A DNA stretch of 64,000 nucleotides from Eledone cirrhosa (lineage: Eukaryota), in the NCBI GenBank assembly GCA_964016885.1, contig OZ024750.1, positions 48,856,001-48,920,000 of the forward strand, read 5' to 3'. The position numbers were made by a program, and so were the translations under genes. Under the pieces are notes generated by a model that had not been told where the DNA came from, made no database searches, and saw nothing but the letters and a program-made list of their open reading frames with translations. Below, piece by piece: positions 14,312-27,900 of the stretch. Numbering within the stretch: position 1 is the stretch's first letter; the number at the start of each line of letters is the position of its first letter.

Positions 14312-14815
14312 ATGATCTATACCGGATCAGGTGTAAGACAGGTGAACTTAAAAAGGGGGATATTTGAACGTGCTACACTATCATATGTTTTGTTCGTGTT
14401 GTGTACGATTGCTCTTCTTATGCTACTGACAAAGCTGATACGAGATAGAAATTGTTCAAGTGACAACTTACAGTTAATGGTTGGTCTTAATATTTTTGGA
14501 AAGAGCTTGAACAAAGTTGAGTCATTGATTAGAATAGACAATATCTTTATTAAAGTTATAAGCATAACATATGATATTAGGAAATGTAGCATATTAGTTA
14601 AGAACAGAGGAAAGTGATTGGAACGGATAGGACAGAGCTTTTTTATGGACAGGTTATGAAAGACATAGAGGATCATAGTTACAAGTATAATGAGATTTTG
14701 GAAATGGATATGAATCATTTGCAAGAGAGTATTACAGGAAGGTAGGATTGATCATGAAATCAAAATTGAATGGAGGGAATAAATATAGGGGTATGTGCCA
14801 AATATTTATCCCAAG
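14312..14815 (+). mobile_element. R4/Dong-like RT fragment (degenerate)
   Basis: VNLKRGIF..TLS..LFVLC; KSKLNGGNK. Confidence 0.6.
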
Positions 14816-14820
14816 GAACG

Positions 14821-14844
<24 letters not shown>

Positions 14845-14852
<8 letters not shown>

Positions 14853-15060
14853 ATACTTTGGGAGGGTCATGTTGCCAATAAGAAACACACGCACCAGTTG
14901 CTTTCACTTCAATTTAATTTATTATATATTTATAAATTTACAAATTTATAAATTTATAAATTTGTAAATTTATAAATATATAATAAATTAAATTGAAGTG
15001 AAAGCAACTGGTGCGTGTGTTTCTTATTGGCAACATGACCCTCCCAAAGTATAACAATAT
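14845..15060. repeat. About 215-bp near-perfect palindrome adjoining (TA)n
   Basis: atattgttatactttgggagg...cctcccaaagtataacaatat; the same peptide appears on both strands in the ORF track. Confidence 0.9.
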
Positions 15061-15114
15061 CGGTTTCAACACACGATTTCAGATAAAGAATCTTGCTAAA
15101 CAAATTCAGAAACG

Positions 15115-15154
<40 letters not shown>

Positions 15155-15169
15155 TATTCTACTTAGATT

Positions 15170-16040
15170 TCCGCTCCTCACTTGTTTAATATCTAAAATA
15201 ACCCTACAAACGTCCCTAACCCGAGTACTCTTCCTTGAGGTTACCCTTAACCTCGATAAGGATATGTACTACCCATACAGGAAACCAAACGACAACCTAC
15301 ACTACATTCACCGCCGGTCAAACCATCCTAGAAACATCACCAATAACCTGGTTAAAAACATCTCCCTCCGCACATCTCGTTTGTCCGCTAAGCAGCAGAT
15401 ATTTGAGGAACATGCGCCTTATTACAACCAGGCCCTCAAGCGGAGTGGCTTCCGTGAGGAAATATCCTACTGTCCAGCTTCCATTAGCGTAACCAGCAGG
15501 CGACACCGCCTCTCACGCAACGTAACATGGTTCAATCCTCCCCACAACGCCGAGGTGACAACACCTATCGAGAAAATCTTCTTTCCGCTCATCGAAAAAC
15601 ACTTCCCACTATAACACCGCTAGCACAACATAATCAACACAATTACCATCAAACTCTCCTACAGCACCACACCTAACTTTGCACAAAACATCGTCTCCTC
15701 TAACAACAACAAACTCAAACCCTATGAAAGAAATAACCTAAATAGCAGTGGAAAGCCGACCAGGAGGTGTAACTGTCCTGATGGATCCCTTTTCCCCCTC
15801 GACAACAAATGCAGATATCGTAATGTGATCTACCAGTGCAACGTGAGGAAGGACACCTCCAACAAATATTATATAGGATTAACTGCTTGTGACTTCAAGA
15901 CCCGGCTATACCAACACAGACATACTTTCCGTAAACCGGCCCGGCGTCACGCCACTACACTTTCGGGCCACATCTGGGACCTCAAAGATAACATTATAAT
16001 CTATAATCTCACTTGGAGCTTACTGTCCAGATCCAACTGA
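15170..16040 (+). mobile_element. PLE RT thumb plus GIY-YIG fragment (CNC..PL..C linker, Nematis-like, tentative)
   Basis: FLEVTLNL..YYPYRKPND..SNHP; WFNPP; KHFP; YYIGLT..FKTRLYQHRH. Confidence 0.85.
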
Positions 16041-16967
16041 ATTAATTGTTCGTATTAAATTTTTCATATATATCATACGAGCATTTATGTAGTTTGTATT
16101 AGAATGTATGTATTTTAGTGGTACTCTTATATATCGTATTAGTATTCATTTTCAGGATTCTGAATTAATATTTCGTACTAGTTTTGGGACCCTGAATTAT
16201 TATTTCGTATTAGTTTTTTGGGTATTTTGGCCGCCTACTTGTTGACCTGTCATTGTAAGATAGATTTGGCCGATTACTACTAACTCATAAAATTATTTCA
16301 CTACAATCTCGTATTTAGTATTCCGTTCCACCTATTAAACTTTTCTATAGTTTAGCAGTACCAGTGAGAGATTTGATGATTGTGGTAGGGGAATAGTAAC
16401 CAGAAATTGTGTTTTTTTTATATTTTTAACATTCTTATTTTTCTATATATTTACTCCAGATAGATTTACTCATTGTTTCGGCTTCCTCCCCACTCCCCCT
16501 CTCTAGTATACTTCTCTTGACCTCTTAACCGTAGGATTCTGCTGTAGTTGTCACGTTCAACGCACGACTGGGTTTCCTCCACTCACTCTCCCTGTTTCTT
16601 CTACTGGCATGTTCAGCTACCTAAAATGCCATGATAGAAATATGTGTCTCAACAACAAACTTTTGACCAATCCTTGTGACAATCACTTTTACCATATATG
16701 GAATTACCCCCCCGAGAAGCTCGGCTATTCATTTACCAGGATAAACATTTTCATTTAGTCCAGAATTAGCCGTCGAAACGGCTTGAGCTCAGCCGTCGGG
16801 GTCCTACTCGTTCCTATATATATATATATATTGATAAATCCACAAATTAATGGTAGGGTATAAACCGTATGAAGAACTCAATATAATCCGTATGTAGAAG
16901 ATGTCGTGAAGCAAAGTTTAAAATACAAAATGTTTAACGATATAATTCATTGGATACAGAGTCAAAA

Positions 16968-17325
16968 ATACAAATAGTAAAACAATGAAATTAAACAAAA
17001 AAACGGTTAATTCATAGTATAACTCATTATTTTACGATCGTTTAGGGAGGGGGGGTTCCCCGTATGTCCATTCTATTATTGATCTATGTGAAATATATTA
17101 CAAAATATCATAGTGAGAAAATATACACACACTTCACATTATTTCTGAAGACGGCGGGTAGTGAGGACGTATGTATATGTTCTTACTATGATATTTTGTA
17201 ATATATTTTACATATGTCAATAATATAATGGACATCCAGGGAACTACCTCCCAGAAACGATCGTAAAATAATGAGTTGTACTATGAATTAACCGTTTTTT
17301 GTTTAATTTCATTGTTATTACTATT

Positions 17326-17330
<5 letters not shown>
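16968..17330. repeat. Inverted repeat, PLE terminal-repeat family related to 4540-4720
   Basis: Arms at about 16968-17128 and 17171-17330; abuts (TA)n. Confidence 0.75.
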
Positions 17331-17405
<75 letters not shown>

Positions 17406-17413
17406 ATATATAT

Positions 17414-17500
<87 letters not shown>

Positions 17501-17709
17501 GCGTTTAACTTTTTAATATATAGGAGATTATCTAGTACTGGTTGCATCTCAGCGGACTCAATAGATGAGGCTATGTATAAAACCCAGTTATTTGCCTCGA
17601 TAAAGCACACGTAAATGTGTACCATAAATATATACCCGTACTCAAGTTTCTGCAACACTCAATGTGTCAGATGGGCGTATAGCATTCATTGTCTGCATTT
17701 ATTATGCAA

Positions 17710-17870
17710 TAATTGTTACTACTCTTGTCAAAAGGCCAGCAATTACCCCCAGTGCATTACTGGTGCTTTATTTTATCGACCCCGTAAGGATGAAAGATGA
17801 AAGGCAAATATATCCTCGGCGGTATTTGAACTCAGGAAGTAAATGGCCATTAATCTAAGCTGCAAAGCAT
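17710..17870 (-). mobile_element. Degenerate SINE copy
   Basis: aaggccagcaattaccccagtgcattactgg...cgaccccgtaaggatgaaag. Confidence 0.8.
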
Positions 17871-18164
17871 TTTATACACGATCGGAGCATGTGGCTTCAT
17901 CAGGGGCTCTCGCTTAATCAATAACTAATCGATCGATAGGATTCAATTTCAATCTCCGTGGCTATGGTAGTGACAGGTGACATATCTATGTGGTTATGGC
18001 TGCAACAGGCGACACAGTAGTAACTGGAACCCCCCCCCCCCCAGCTGCGTCAAAATACATACCCTCAACCGATTTGCTACTTGTTCAGGAATGTATGTGA
18101 TAAGTAGGAGTCTAGTAAAGGTTCGAGTGTCAATACGTACAGAAGGGATGAAAGAGACCCCACT

Positions 18165-21100
18165 TGATGGACCGATCGGGAGACCTGAAACTGTTCTGAG
18201 AGGTGGCCATTAATTTTGACCACCGAGCAGCTGCGTAGCAGCGATTCCGCTTGTAATGTCGGGGCCGAAGCCAGTTGTCTTGAGGACAGCTTCCAAGTAT
18301 TGATGTTTGTCTCTATCTAATGTTTTCGATTGATCTAAATTGATAAGTGTCCCACCGAAACCAGGTTTACATCCTACCCTCTCTATGATGTATCGCATGT
18401 TGTGGAGGTGTTCGTGTATGGACCCGGTCGGGATTGCGCAAGTTTTCGCCTCCCCAACCAAATCCTTGTCGACAAGCACCAACCTCTTCGCTAAAACCTG
18501 GTCCAAAATCTTAAACTCTGTGTTGAGCAAAGATATGGCTTTGAGATTATCTAATGTGTCCAACTTATTCTCGTTTTTCCTTCTAAGCGACATTACGCCC
18601 GGGCCCACAGAACTGGGAATACTCCCGTTCTGCTGTCAGTCGCAGAAGAGGGCTTCCAGGTGATCGGAGAATAAGTCAGGCATATTTACGTAAATCTCGT
18701 ATGGCAGACCAACCAAACCGGGTGACTTGCGCCTCGTTTAGCCATCCTGAATTTCGGCTGAAGTTATCGGCCTTTCGCAACGGGAGTATCGGCCGTCAAG
18801 AGGTGCGGCAAGACATCAAGTTAGGGACCAAGGTCTCATGCCATATCTGACCCAGCACGCCCCCCCCCCCCCTAAAAACCGAGCAAAATGTTGGCGAAAG
18901 GCCTCACACATCCGCCTGGAAACGCTCAGCTCGTGTCCGGCTCGGTTGATGAAATAGCGAATTGTAGATTTATTACCACGCTGCGCCTCCACCACGCGGG
19001 CCCATCGAATAGCTTTGGTTCCCTCCTTTCTCAGAACAAGCGCCTTAGCTCTGACAATGCAAACTTCCTGTTTCGCATTGAAGAAATGATCTAACGTCAT
19101 TCTCGCCGCTAGCACGTCAGTTGCAATGCCACTACAAATATCCTCGTCTAACATACTACCAGCTCGCTACCTTTCTTTCTTTCTTTCTTTGAAAAGCCCT
19201 ATTGTAATTATTCTAATATCTAATTCGAGAGCCACCGAACATCTATTGTTGACGACCCTCCCTGTCAACTTTTACTTAACTAAATTGTTGACCCGATCCC
19301 TGTAATCTTTACGTACCTGAAACGACATGTTCATCTTCCAGTATCCACGTCCACAGATAAGGGTATTTTCTTGGTCGACTATACAGTTCACAAACTTGTG
19401 ATCTGAATAGGCGACCATTTTAAAGCATGGGCAGACTACACAATTTCTATCTATTTTCCTAATGATAATCCTGTCGATATACGATCTAGATGACCCTATG
19501 TGGTTGGTCCAGGTTCACTGGCGGATTGGGGAAAACTAGTCGACCCCTGTCAGACAGTTGGAACTGGCTGATCAGTTACATGAGGCCTTTGTCACCCCCC
19601 CTCCACCCAACGGCTACTTCTATAAAATCACGGCGTGCGTCTATGATGCTGTTCCAGTCCCGCGCTAACAGTAAATGGCGGGACGTACACAGAAAGACTT
19701 CCAATCGTCTAAAGAAGCCTGGTCTTCCGGCCACCAGTCTAAAGTACCAACTTAACTATTGTTCAAGTCCAAGATCATCAAATTACCGTCCGGGTTCCGG
19801 GAGAAAGACTTTACCTCGAGATCCAGTACTTTCCTAAACAGCACTGCCACCCCACCTCCAATTCCTGGCCGACTAACAGAGGCGAAGATCTGATAAGTCA
19901 AAAATGGGGCCCAGTGCACAGGATTGGGAAAACTTGGTCACGCTGACGGCAAATACGTCATTTTCTAGAGACGTGAGGTCATTGAGCAGGCGACGCAAAC
20001 TTCCAGGATGACACTAGGCCTCGAACATTTAAACGTCCTCCTCTTTATATGAGAAAAGGAAATGTTTACTTACATCCCGGGTTTGTGTGAATGTCCGGTG
20101 TTTCGAACTGAATTGTTTGCGGGGTTTCTTTTGGAAGACCCTTTAAAAGTCACGAGGTGAATTACTACGTCCGGGGTTACCACGTCTGAGTTTACCGCGT
20201 CTCGAATTCCTTTGTAGCAATCGAGCGACATTCGCACTAGGAACAAATCTTCCGGCACGGAAAATGTGCCCAATTCACCCAACCCCCTCTGAATGTCTTT
20301 ATTTCGTGCTATGAGGGCCATCAATATCATGTTGGCCCTTCAGACAAGTAAGAAGTTTAAATGTTTTGTTGGTGCGGTTTTATTTGCTTGCGTGATTGTT
20401 GTGGTGATGGTTATGATGGTGTTGAGAGTGCGATGTCTGCGGTTTCAGTTGCTTGTGTGTTTATTTGTTCGAACGCCTGTTTATGTTGTTTGCGTTTGGG
20501 GGATTCTGGTGATGGTGTTGATGTTAGTGTTGTTGGGGAGATATTTGTTCTTGTGTGTATTTTTGGGGGGGAAGGGGAATGAGAGAGCTTTGCTCGTTTC
20601 CCGCTGAGTGGGTAATGTTACTGGTGACGTTCTCTTTGATGTTGTTTGTGGCGGTTTTGCCGTTGCTGCTGTTGTGGTGGTCCTCACCTCTGCATCTTCA
20701 GCAGTAGTCGCCTTACACCCTTGCACTTTTCAGTAGTTGAGGGCACAAGGCTCGAACATAGGTTGTTTCTCCGCAAAAAAAAAACAATGCGGCATTTTGC
20801 CCTCTTCGTTATATGTACCAGCATTCCGTTCTGGAGACAGGTGTCCTCTGCGATCGTTTTTACATTCTTAGGACTTATCTGAAGAAGTATCTACAGGTCA
20901 ACCCCTGACCAGTCCTCCATCGCAGTCCTTGTAACCTCTATACGGACGGTATCCGTACCTTCGACAATTACGCATCCCAGGAACCAGCACATGTCACGTC
21001 CTGGTGGATTCCTGGGAATATAGACTAGTGTCTTTCGTGTTCTCGTGTGGGAGGGCTACATAATGACTTTCCAGGTTTTGGAAAGGGTCATTGCATGTTT

Positions 21101-22160
21101 CATAGCAAGGTCTTTTTATTTAAACAGCACCGAAATGGCGCCGTATTGCATGCCCGTCACTATGTACTCAGTATCACACCTGATGCACACTTAGCCATGC
21201 TTCAATATCTGCCTAGATAATTAAAGCAGCCCTATTTTCTCTGCTGAGATGTATCTAAAGTGCACCGTTCTACGCTCTTCTGTTTTAATGTCTTCTCTCT
21301 GGACAGTAAGTTGGCCCATGTTTACTCTTGCTTCATGAGTTTCCAGGCCAACCTTCAATCTTTGTGCATGAGGTACATGCTAAACCTCATGACAGTAAAA
21401 CATGAGTATTTCTGCGTGTAGAGAAAATAACAACGGAGATGACAAAAAAGACACAAAGGTGTATTCCCCAATAGGGGGATTTTATATCACCAGGCCAAAT
21501 GCCCTCTCTCTGTTGTCCACCTTCAATTTACAGGTGAATACTCCGAGCAGGCCCTTTCACTCGGGCCATGCTTATTTCTCTCACCCATCTTTCAAGAAAT
21601 TACTGGGATGAGAGCACTTCCGTCTCCATCCTGATTTTCCTTTTCAAATGCAATTTGAAAAGGTCAAACAGGGCATCACCGAAGAGGTAAGTGCTCGTCT
21701 TCAGCCCTTTCAAACGCGTCCAGCACACGATCTCTTTCACCGTGGCCACCAGAGAGATAAAAACAGCCTGCCCTTCTTTGCTAAAGGAATATCGTGTGTC
21801 AATCATTACTATGGACTCAGATGAAAGCCGGATCCATCCTACACGCGACAGCAGGTGTTCGACATAATCCCACATCAGCAATGCTCGGACACTGGACGAC
21901 TGCCTGCAGAACGGTTTCTTCGTGCATCTCGGAGAGGCCCAGCTGACGGCACTTCCATGCCTCAAAGGATGTCGTCGCTCTTTCTCTCCGTCAACCCTCT
22001 ATATAACGCCATAGTGGAGTTTCTACCGATCACATTGCCTGATTAAACGAGGGCTGAACGCGCCTGAAGAGATTCCATTCTCCAAGCGCTCCCTCTCGGT
22101 CTTCGCGTCACTCAGGAAAGCAGCTTCGTCGAGGAGACAAGCTGGGGAAATACGCGTCTA
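18165..22160 (-). mobile_element. Tx1/L1-type LINE remnants (ORF1, APE and RT, plus the 3' part of another copy at about 21420-22160)
   Basis: ISLLNTEFKIL..VLAKRL, INLDQSK; strong similarity to 24943-29055; many frameshifts. Confidence 0.85.
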
Positions 22161-22329
22161 GCAAACGGCACCCACACCTTCTCGCCTTTTCAGGGCGAAC
22201 CACCATTTCTGTTGATGATTGCCCCCGACAAAGCGGAAAGCGGAGGGGAGGGCAAGAGCTCTGTAGTCGCAGAACAGCTGTAAGGGGGAAAAGGCGGGAG
22301 GGGGGGGGGGGTCATTGGGATTCGGAGCT

Positions 22330-22520
22330 AGAGCGAGGGGTAAGAAGGGCTGTGCCCCGCGGTCGATAGCCAGTGGCACCTACTGTAACAGCCACCCAAC
22401 CTCGTGGGGCTGCCTCATCAGATGGGCCGCCGACGTTCCGATGGTGCGGAGGATCTCGCTAATAAGAGGTCCAAGCTCGCCTGAGAACTCGACGACGGCC
22501 GGTGGGGTGAGGAAGCAGGC
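22330..22520 (-). mobile_element. CRE-like restriction-like endonuclease C-terminal fragment
   Basis: Hand translation P.AVVEFSGELGP...LLQ*VPLAIDRG resembles the AVET.G.WG...QRLS.AIQRGN motif. Confidence 0.45.
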
Positions 22521-23081
22521 GGATAAACAACGTTATTCCTTTATTTTACGTTATTCTACGAGGCGGGCCGCGTTGTCGGTGTTTGTGGCCGGAGCAGTAA
22601 TAAATAGCAAAGTGACAGATATGAGGCGTACCATAACAAGCATGCAAATGCATCGCCCACCCAAAATAGACTCAACGATATTACTATATAGCTGGTAGCT
22701 ATTCATTCAGTTTATATTAACCTAGTTAGTGTGAGATACACATGATTCGAGATAACGAGCGACTGACAGACATAACCTGAGAGCGGTAAGGAGATGTGGA
22801 TAAAGAGTGATAAAGCTAGAGGAAGACATAATAATAACAGAAATAAAACTTCGCATGTGTACGACTATAATTTATGTAAGTATAAATATTAAACTGTTCA
22901 TCTAGTTATCTACGCACACGACAGACACACATACACACACACACGCACACGCACACACACACACACACACAACACACACGCATACACCCACACCCACACA
23001 TATGTCGGAATCTATATCTATATATCTATCTAGAAATTAAAAACCTTTTTTGTAGTGCAAACCATGTCAATCTTCTTTCCT

Positions 23082-23166
<85 letters not shown>

Positions 23167-23254
23167 TTAGTAATAACAATAAATTTGAAGACTAAAATCC
23201 AAAGAGGGTTCGATAAGGATAAATATATATTAAATGTATAAGAACCGTAGAGCA

Positions 23255-23392
23255 AATATTTATTAAAATAACAGATTAAAGTTTAAGCAAAGAAATGGTG
23301 CTTTCACGCTTAACGGGATCTTAGAAGATCCCGTTAAGGGTGAAGGCAACTATTCTTTGCTTAAACTTTAATCTGTTATTTTAATAAATATA
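23255..23392. repeat. Palindrome folded at a hammerhead core
   Basis: Arms tatttattaaaataacagattaaagtttaagcaaagaa; centre GAAGA-tcccgttaagggt-GAA. Confidence 0.8.
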
Positions 23393-23635
23393 TATATATA
23401 TATATATATATATGCAATATATTAACAAACGGAAACTATATTTATAAAACCATATTTATAAAACCATATTTATAAAACCATAATATAGTTTCCATTTATT
23501 AATATATTGTATATTTACTCCAATAATTTGTTGAGTGCATTATATGAGTTATACAAATATTTTGATTGTTGTATCCCAATAAATTAAATATAACCTCTAC
23601 ATATATATATATATATAAATATTTATAAATATATC

Positions 23636-23733
23636 GGAACAAGTAAGACCCCGACGGCTGAGCTCAAGCATGTTTCGACGGCTAATTCTGGACGAAACAG
23701 ATTGAGCTCAGCCGTCGGGGTCTTACTTGTTCC
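23636..23733. repeat. Hairpin of a PLE-terminal family (also at 16760-16815 and 55280-55330)
   Basis: ggaacaagtaagaccccgacggctgagctcaa / ttgagctcagccgtcggggtcttacttgttcc. Confidence 0.8.
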
Positions 23734-23816
23734 TATTACCCACTCAATTACCCTAAGTATTGAGTGCTTTGGTGCGTTATGGTCCACCTGGTTTCTTACC
23801 ACATTTCCTTCGTTAT

Positions 23817-23862
<46 letters not shown>

Positions 23863-24028
23863 GTATGTGTGTGTGTTTGTTTGTGTGTATGCGTGTGTGT
23901 GTGTGTGTGTGTATATATATATTATATACATATGTATATATAGTTAAGAACTGAAGGTGAAAAATACAGAAGTATATTTGAAGAATTGTTTTCCTTTAAT
24001 CAAAGAGAATGAATAATTTTATTATGAC

Positions 24029-24060
<32 letters not shown>

Positions 24061-24131
24061 CGTAGGTCCCGGGTTAAGTCGGGGATAACCACAGTAAGTA
24101 AGGTACTCAATACATGGCAGAGTAAAATTTT

Positions 24132-24255
24132 TTTTATTTTATAGAAGGAGCTTCTACAGGACTAGTACGGTTTCATTCAGATGAAATCTTCAGGAAGATT
24201 TCATCTGAATGAAACAGTACTAGTCCTGTAGAAGCTCCTTCTATGAAATAAAAAA
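24132..24255. repeat. Palindrome folded at a hammerhead core
   Basis: Minus strand of the left arm reads CTGAAGA-t-ttca-tc-tgaa-t-GAAAC...GTC; the right arm mirrors it. Confidence 0.85.
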
Positions 24256-24711
24256 AAAAAATATATATATATATATATATAACTCTGCTGAATACATATC
24301 AACAAAGCATATATATATAGAGAGAGAGAGTGAAAGGGAGAGAGAGATATGTGCGTGCGTCTGTGTGAGTATATATGGGTGTTTATCTACGTGCGCTTAT
24401 ACTATATTTTAATAATATACAAATATATATGACGGTGTGTATATGTGTGTATATCTGCATGTATCTACACCGCCACACATACATATAGATGACCATATAC
24501 ATATATATATATATACACATATATGAATATGAAAACACGTGTAAGGGTTTGTGTATGTATATGTTTGTGTGTGGTTGTGTGTGTTTGTGTATGTGTAATC
24601 GGTGCCAGTAAGTTTTATAAGTTCAAGGACGATAAACGTGGGATGTTGTTTCTATTTGTGTACTGCATAAAGCTAAAGACATAAAGGCAGTGAGCACAGT
24701 CTATGGTTAGT

Positions 24712-24862
24712 AGTAGTAGTAGCAGTAGTAGTAGTGTGGTAGTAGTGTCAGTAGTAGTAGCAGTAGTAGCAGTAGTAGTAGTAGTAGTAGTAGCAGTAGT
24801 AGTAGTAGTAGTAGTGATGGTGGTGATGGTGGTGGTGGTGGTGGTGGTGGTAGTAGTTGTTG
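24712..24862. repeat. (GTA)n/(GTG)n microsatellite
   Basis: Direct inspection. Confidence 0.95.
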
Positions 24863-24942
24863 TTGGTCTTCTTCCTCTCCTTCATTTTCTTCTTCTCCTT
24901 CGTCTTCTTTTTCTCCTTCTTAGATTAATAAGGAAATAACGA

Positions 24943-27900
24943 TTTCATTTATTGGCCACAAGGGCCCACATACAGGGGACAATACAAAATGCTGGCACAG
25001 TGGGGTTTTACAGAAAAAATCGAGTTAACAATATGAATAACAATAACAAAGTAACAAGAAAAATACAAGAAAAATTCCACAATAGGAGGGATGACTACCC
25101 AAGGTGCGCTCATGTACCCCACCAATACTGAACGACCCGAGGCTTCGAGAGCACCCTGGAAGGGGACCCCTCTGCTCCTCAAATTGACCCACCTACAGGC
25201 GCATGACCAGAGTATGCTCACTCTCACAGGGCATTCTCGCCACATTCACCCATCTTTCAGCAAATGTACTGGGGGGCAGCACTTCTATCTCCACCCTCAC
25301 CTTCCTTTCCAGGTGAAACTTGAAAAAGTTGATGAGGGATTGGCTGAATAGAAAAGTGTCTGTCTTCAGTCCATTTAACCTCGTCCACCATACAACCTCT
25401 TTCGCTACTGCCATTAAACAGAGGAAAATGTCCTGCCCTTCCTAGCCAAAAGAAGGCGGCGGGTCGATCTTCACTGTGGACTCGGCCGATAGCCGGATCC
25501 GTTCTACACGCGACAACAGCTGTTCGACATACATCCACAAGTCAACAATGCATGGACACTGGACGAGAGCGTGCAGAAAGGTTTCGTTGCTCTGCGCGCA
25601 TCTCGGGCAGGTTCATCTGACAGCACTTCCATGCCTGTTGAGTTCATCTCGAACTGGCAGTGACCCCCCAGTGGCACTGTCAAGCGAGGGATTTTTGGAA
25701 ATTGTCCCCGGCTCGAAAGTCCTCCGGAAAAGATTGGTTAGTTCGACTTCGTCGACTCCCAGAGCCTCTCCGAGTTGTCGTCGCACTTGCCCACCAATAA
25801 TCATCTATAGAACTCGAGAGTGGAAGTTGCACTGAACTCAATGCCCGCCTGGTAGAGGGCAGTGAGTTCCTGGCAACATTCCCGACGCCAGTCACCCAGT
25901 CTCGGTCTCTTTTTTACCTTGGACTGCAGCTCAGTCAAAGAAAAGAACTAAGGAATGGCCCCTCTGACAAACGGTGACCACAACGTTTAGGCAGAATATC
26001 TGGAGATGCTGCAGCCTCAGCGCGTGCCTGCGCATCATTAGCCACCGTATGCCCAGCCCTCCACGTAGAGGCTGCTGGCAGCAGATGTACCGCTTCACCA
26101 GCGGAATATGACCCCTCCACAAGAATTTGAAGAGGAGCTACTCCAAGATGGCGAGGCGCGAACGGAGTCAAGGGACAACGGTCAGACGGTACTAGATGAC
26201 GCCCCGATGTACGCGATTGCCACCTCCGCCCGAACTTTCAATTAAGCTTTCTCGCAGCCTATTTCTGGGTGAGACTGGCTACCCTGCCCGTCACCTCGTC
26301 CAAATGTTTATCCACCCGGAGGTCTGGCCCGAACCAAACCCCGACCAACTTTACCGGTCCGTCCGTCCAGCACCTAACGATGCTGTTGGACGACATGGAC
26401 TTGCCTCTCGAGGTGCCGAGTTGCAAGCCCACCGACTTTTCCGAGTTAAGTTTTGCTCCCGTCAAGCTTTCATATTTTTACTATGAGTAGCCGGCCACCT
26501 AGATTTCGGAGGTATCCGACACCATCACAGTGATGTCGTCCGGATATTCCGAAAAGCCTTTCCGCTTCTCGTTTCGAGCGGGATGCCCTGCAATATTTCC
26601 AGCTTCCGCAGTAACGGCTTCAGAGTCACTACTTACAGAAGGGAGGAGACAGGGCATCCTTGACGGACAGATCGGAAGACCTGAAACGGTGATACATTAA
26701 TTTTGACCACCGAGTACGTGCCGCTGTGCTTTGCAGCGATCCAGCTTCTGAACACGGGACCTAAGCCAGCCGCCTTGAGGACAGCCTCCAGGTACCGATG
26801 GTCGACCTTATCAAATACTTTTGATTGATCTAAATTGATCAGAGCCCCACCGAAGCCAGGTTTACACCCTACTCTCTCTATGATGTATCGCATCAGGTGG
26901 AGGTTGTCGTGTATGGACCTGGTTGGGATTGCGCATATTTGCGCCTCCCCAACAAAATTCCCGACGACGAGCGCCAACCTCTTCGCTAACACCCTGGCCA
27001 AAATCTTAAACTCTGTGTTGAGCAGAGTTATGGGCCTGAAATTTTCTAACGTGTCCCTCTTGTGCTAGTCGGTCCTTAACAGCGTCACTACGCCGCGGCT
27101 CGCAGAACTGGGAATACTCCCCTTCTGCGGCCAGTTGCAGTAGAACGCTTCGAGGAGATTGGAGAACAAGTCTGGCATATTTACGTAAAGCTCGTAGGGC
27201 AGACCATCCAAACCGGGGGACTTGCGCCCCATGCATCGACAAGGGCATCCTGAATCTCGGCTGAAATAATCGGCCTTTCGCAGCGCCCAGCGTCGGCCGT
27301 CGAATGTTGCGGCAAGCCATCGTGGGAAGGACTGAAGTTCGTCACCGCCTCTGACCCGCCATTTCCCCCGAGAAGATAGCAAAATGTTAGCGAAAGGCCT
27401 CACACATCGCTTGGAATCGCTCAGCTCGTGTCGATCTCGGTCCGTCAAAGACCGAATCGTGGTTTTATTACCACGCTGCGCCTCTGCCACGCGGGCCCAT
27501 CGTACAGCTTTGGTTCCTTCGTTTCTCAGAGCACGCGCCTTAGCTTTGACAATGCAACCTTCGAGTTTCGCATTGAAGAAATGGTCTAATGCCGTTCTCG
27601 CCGCTAGCACGTTAGTTGCAATGCAACTACAAATAGCCTGGTCTAAATTATCTACAACTCCCCCTACTTTCTATTTTTCTCTAACGCTACTTCTTTGCTA
27701 AACTCTATCGACATTAAACTAATTTCCCTTTTGAGAGCCCCCCCCCCCCCCATATCTATTTTTAACGACTTCCCCTGTCAACCTTTTCTTAACTAAATTG
27801 TTGACCTGGTCCCTGTAAGCCTTACGATCGGAAATGACATGTTCATCTTCCCGTAAACAGGTTCGAACCTGCGCGTCTTATCTAGGTCAATCATACAGAT

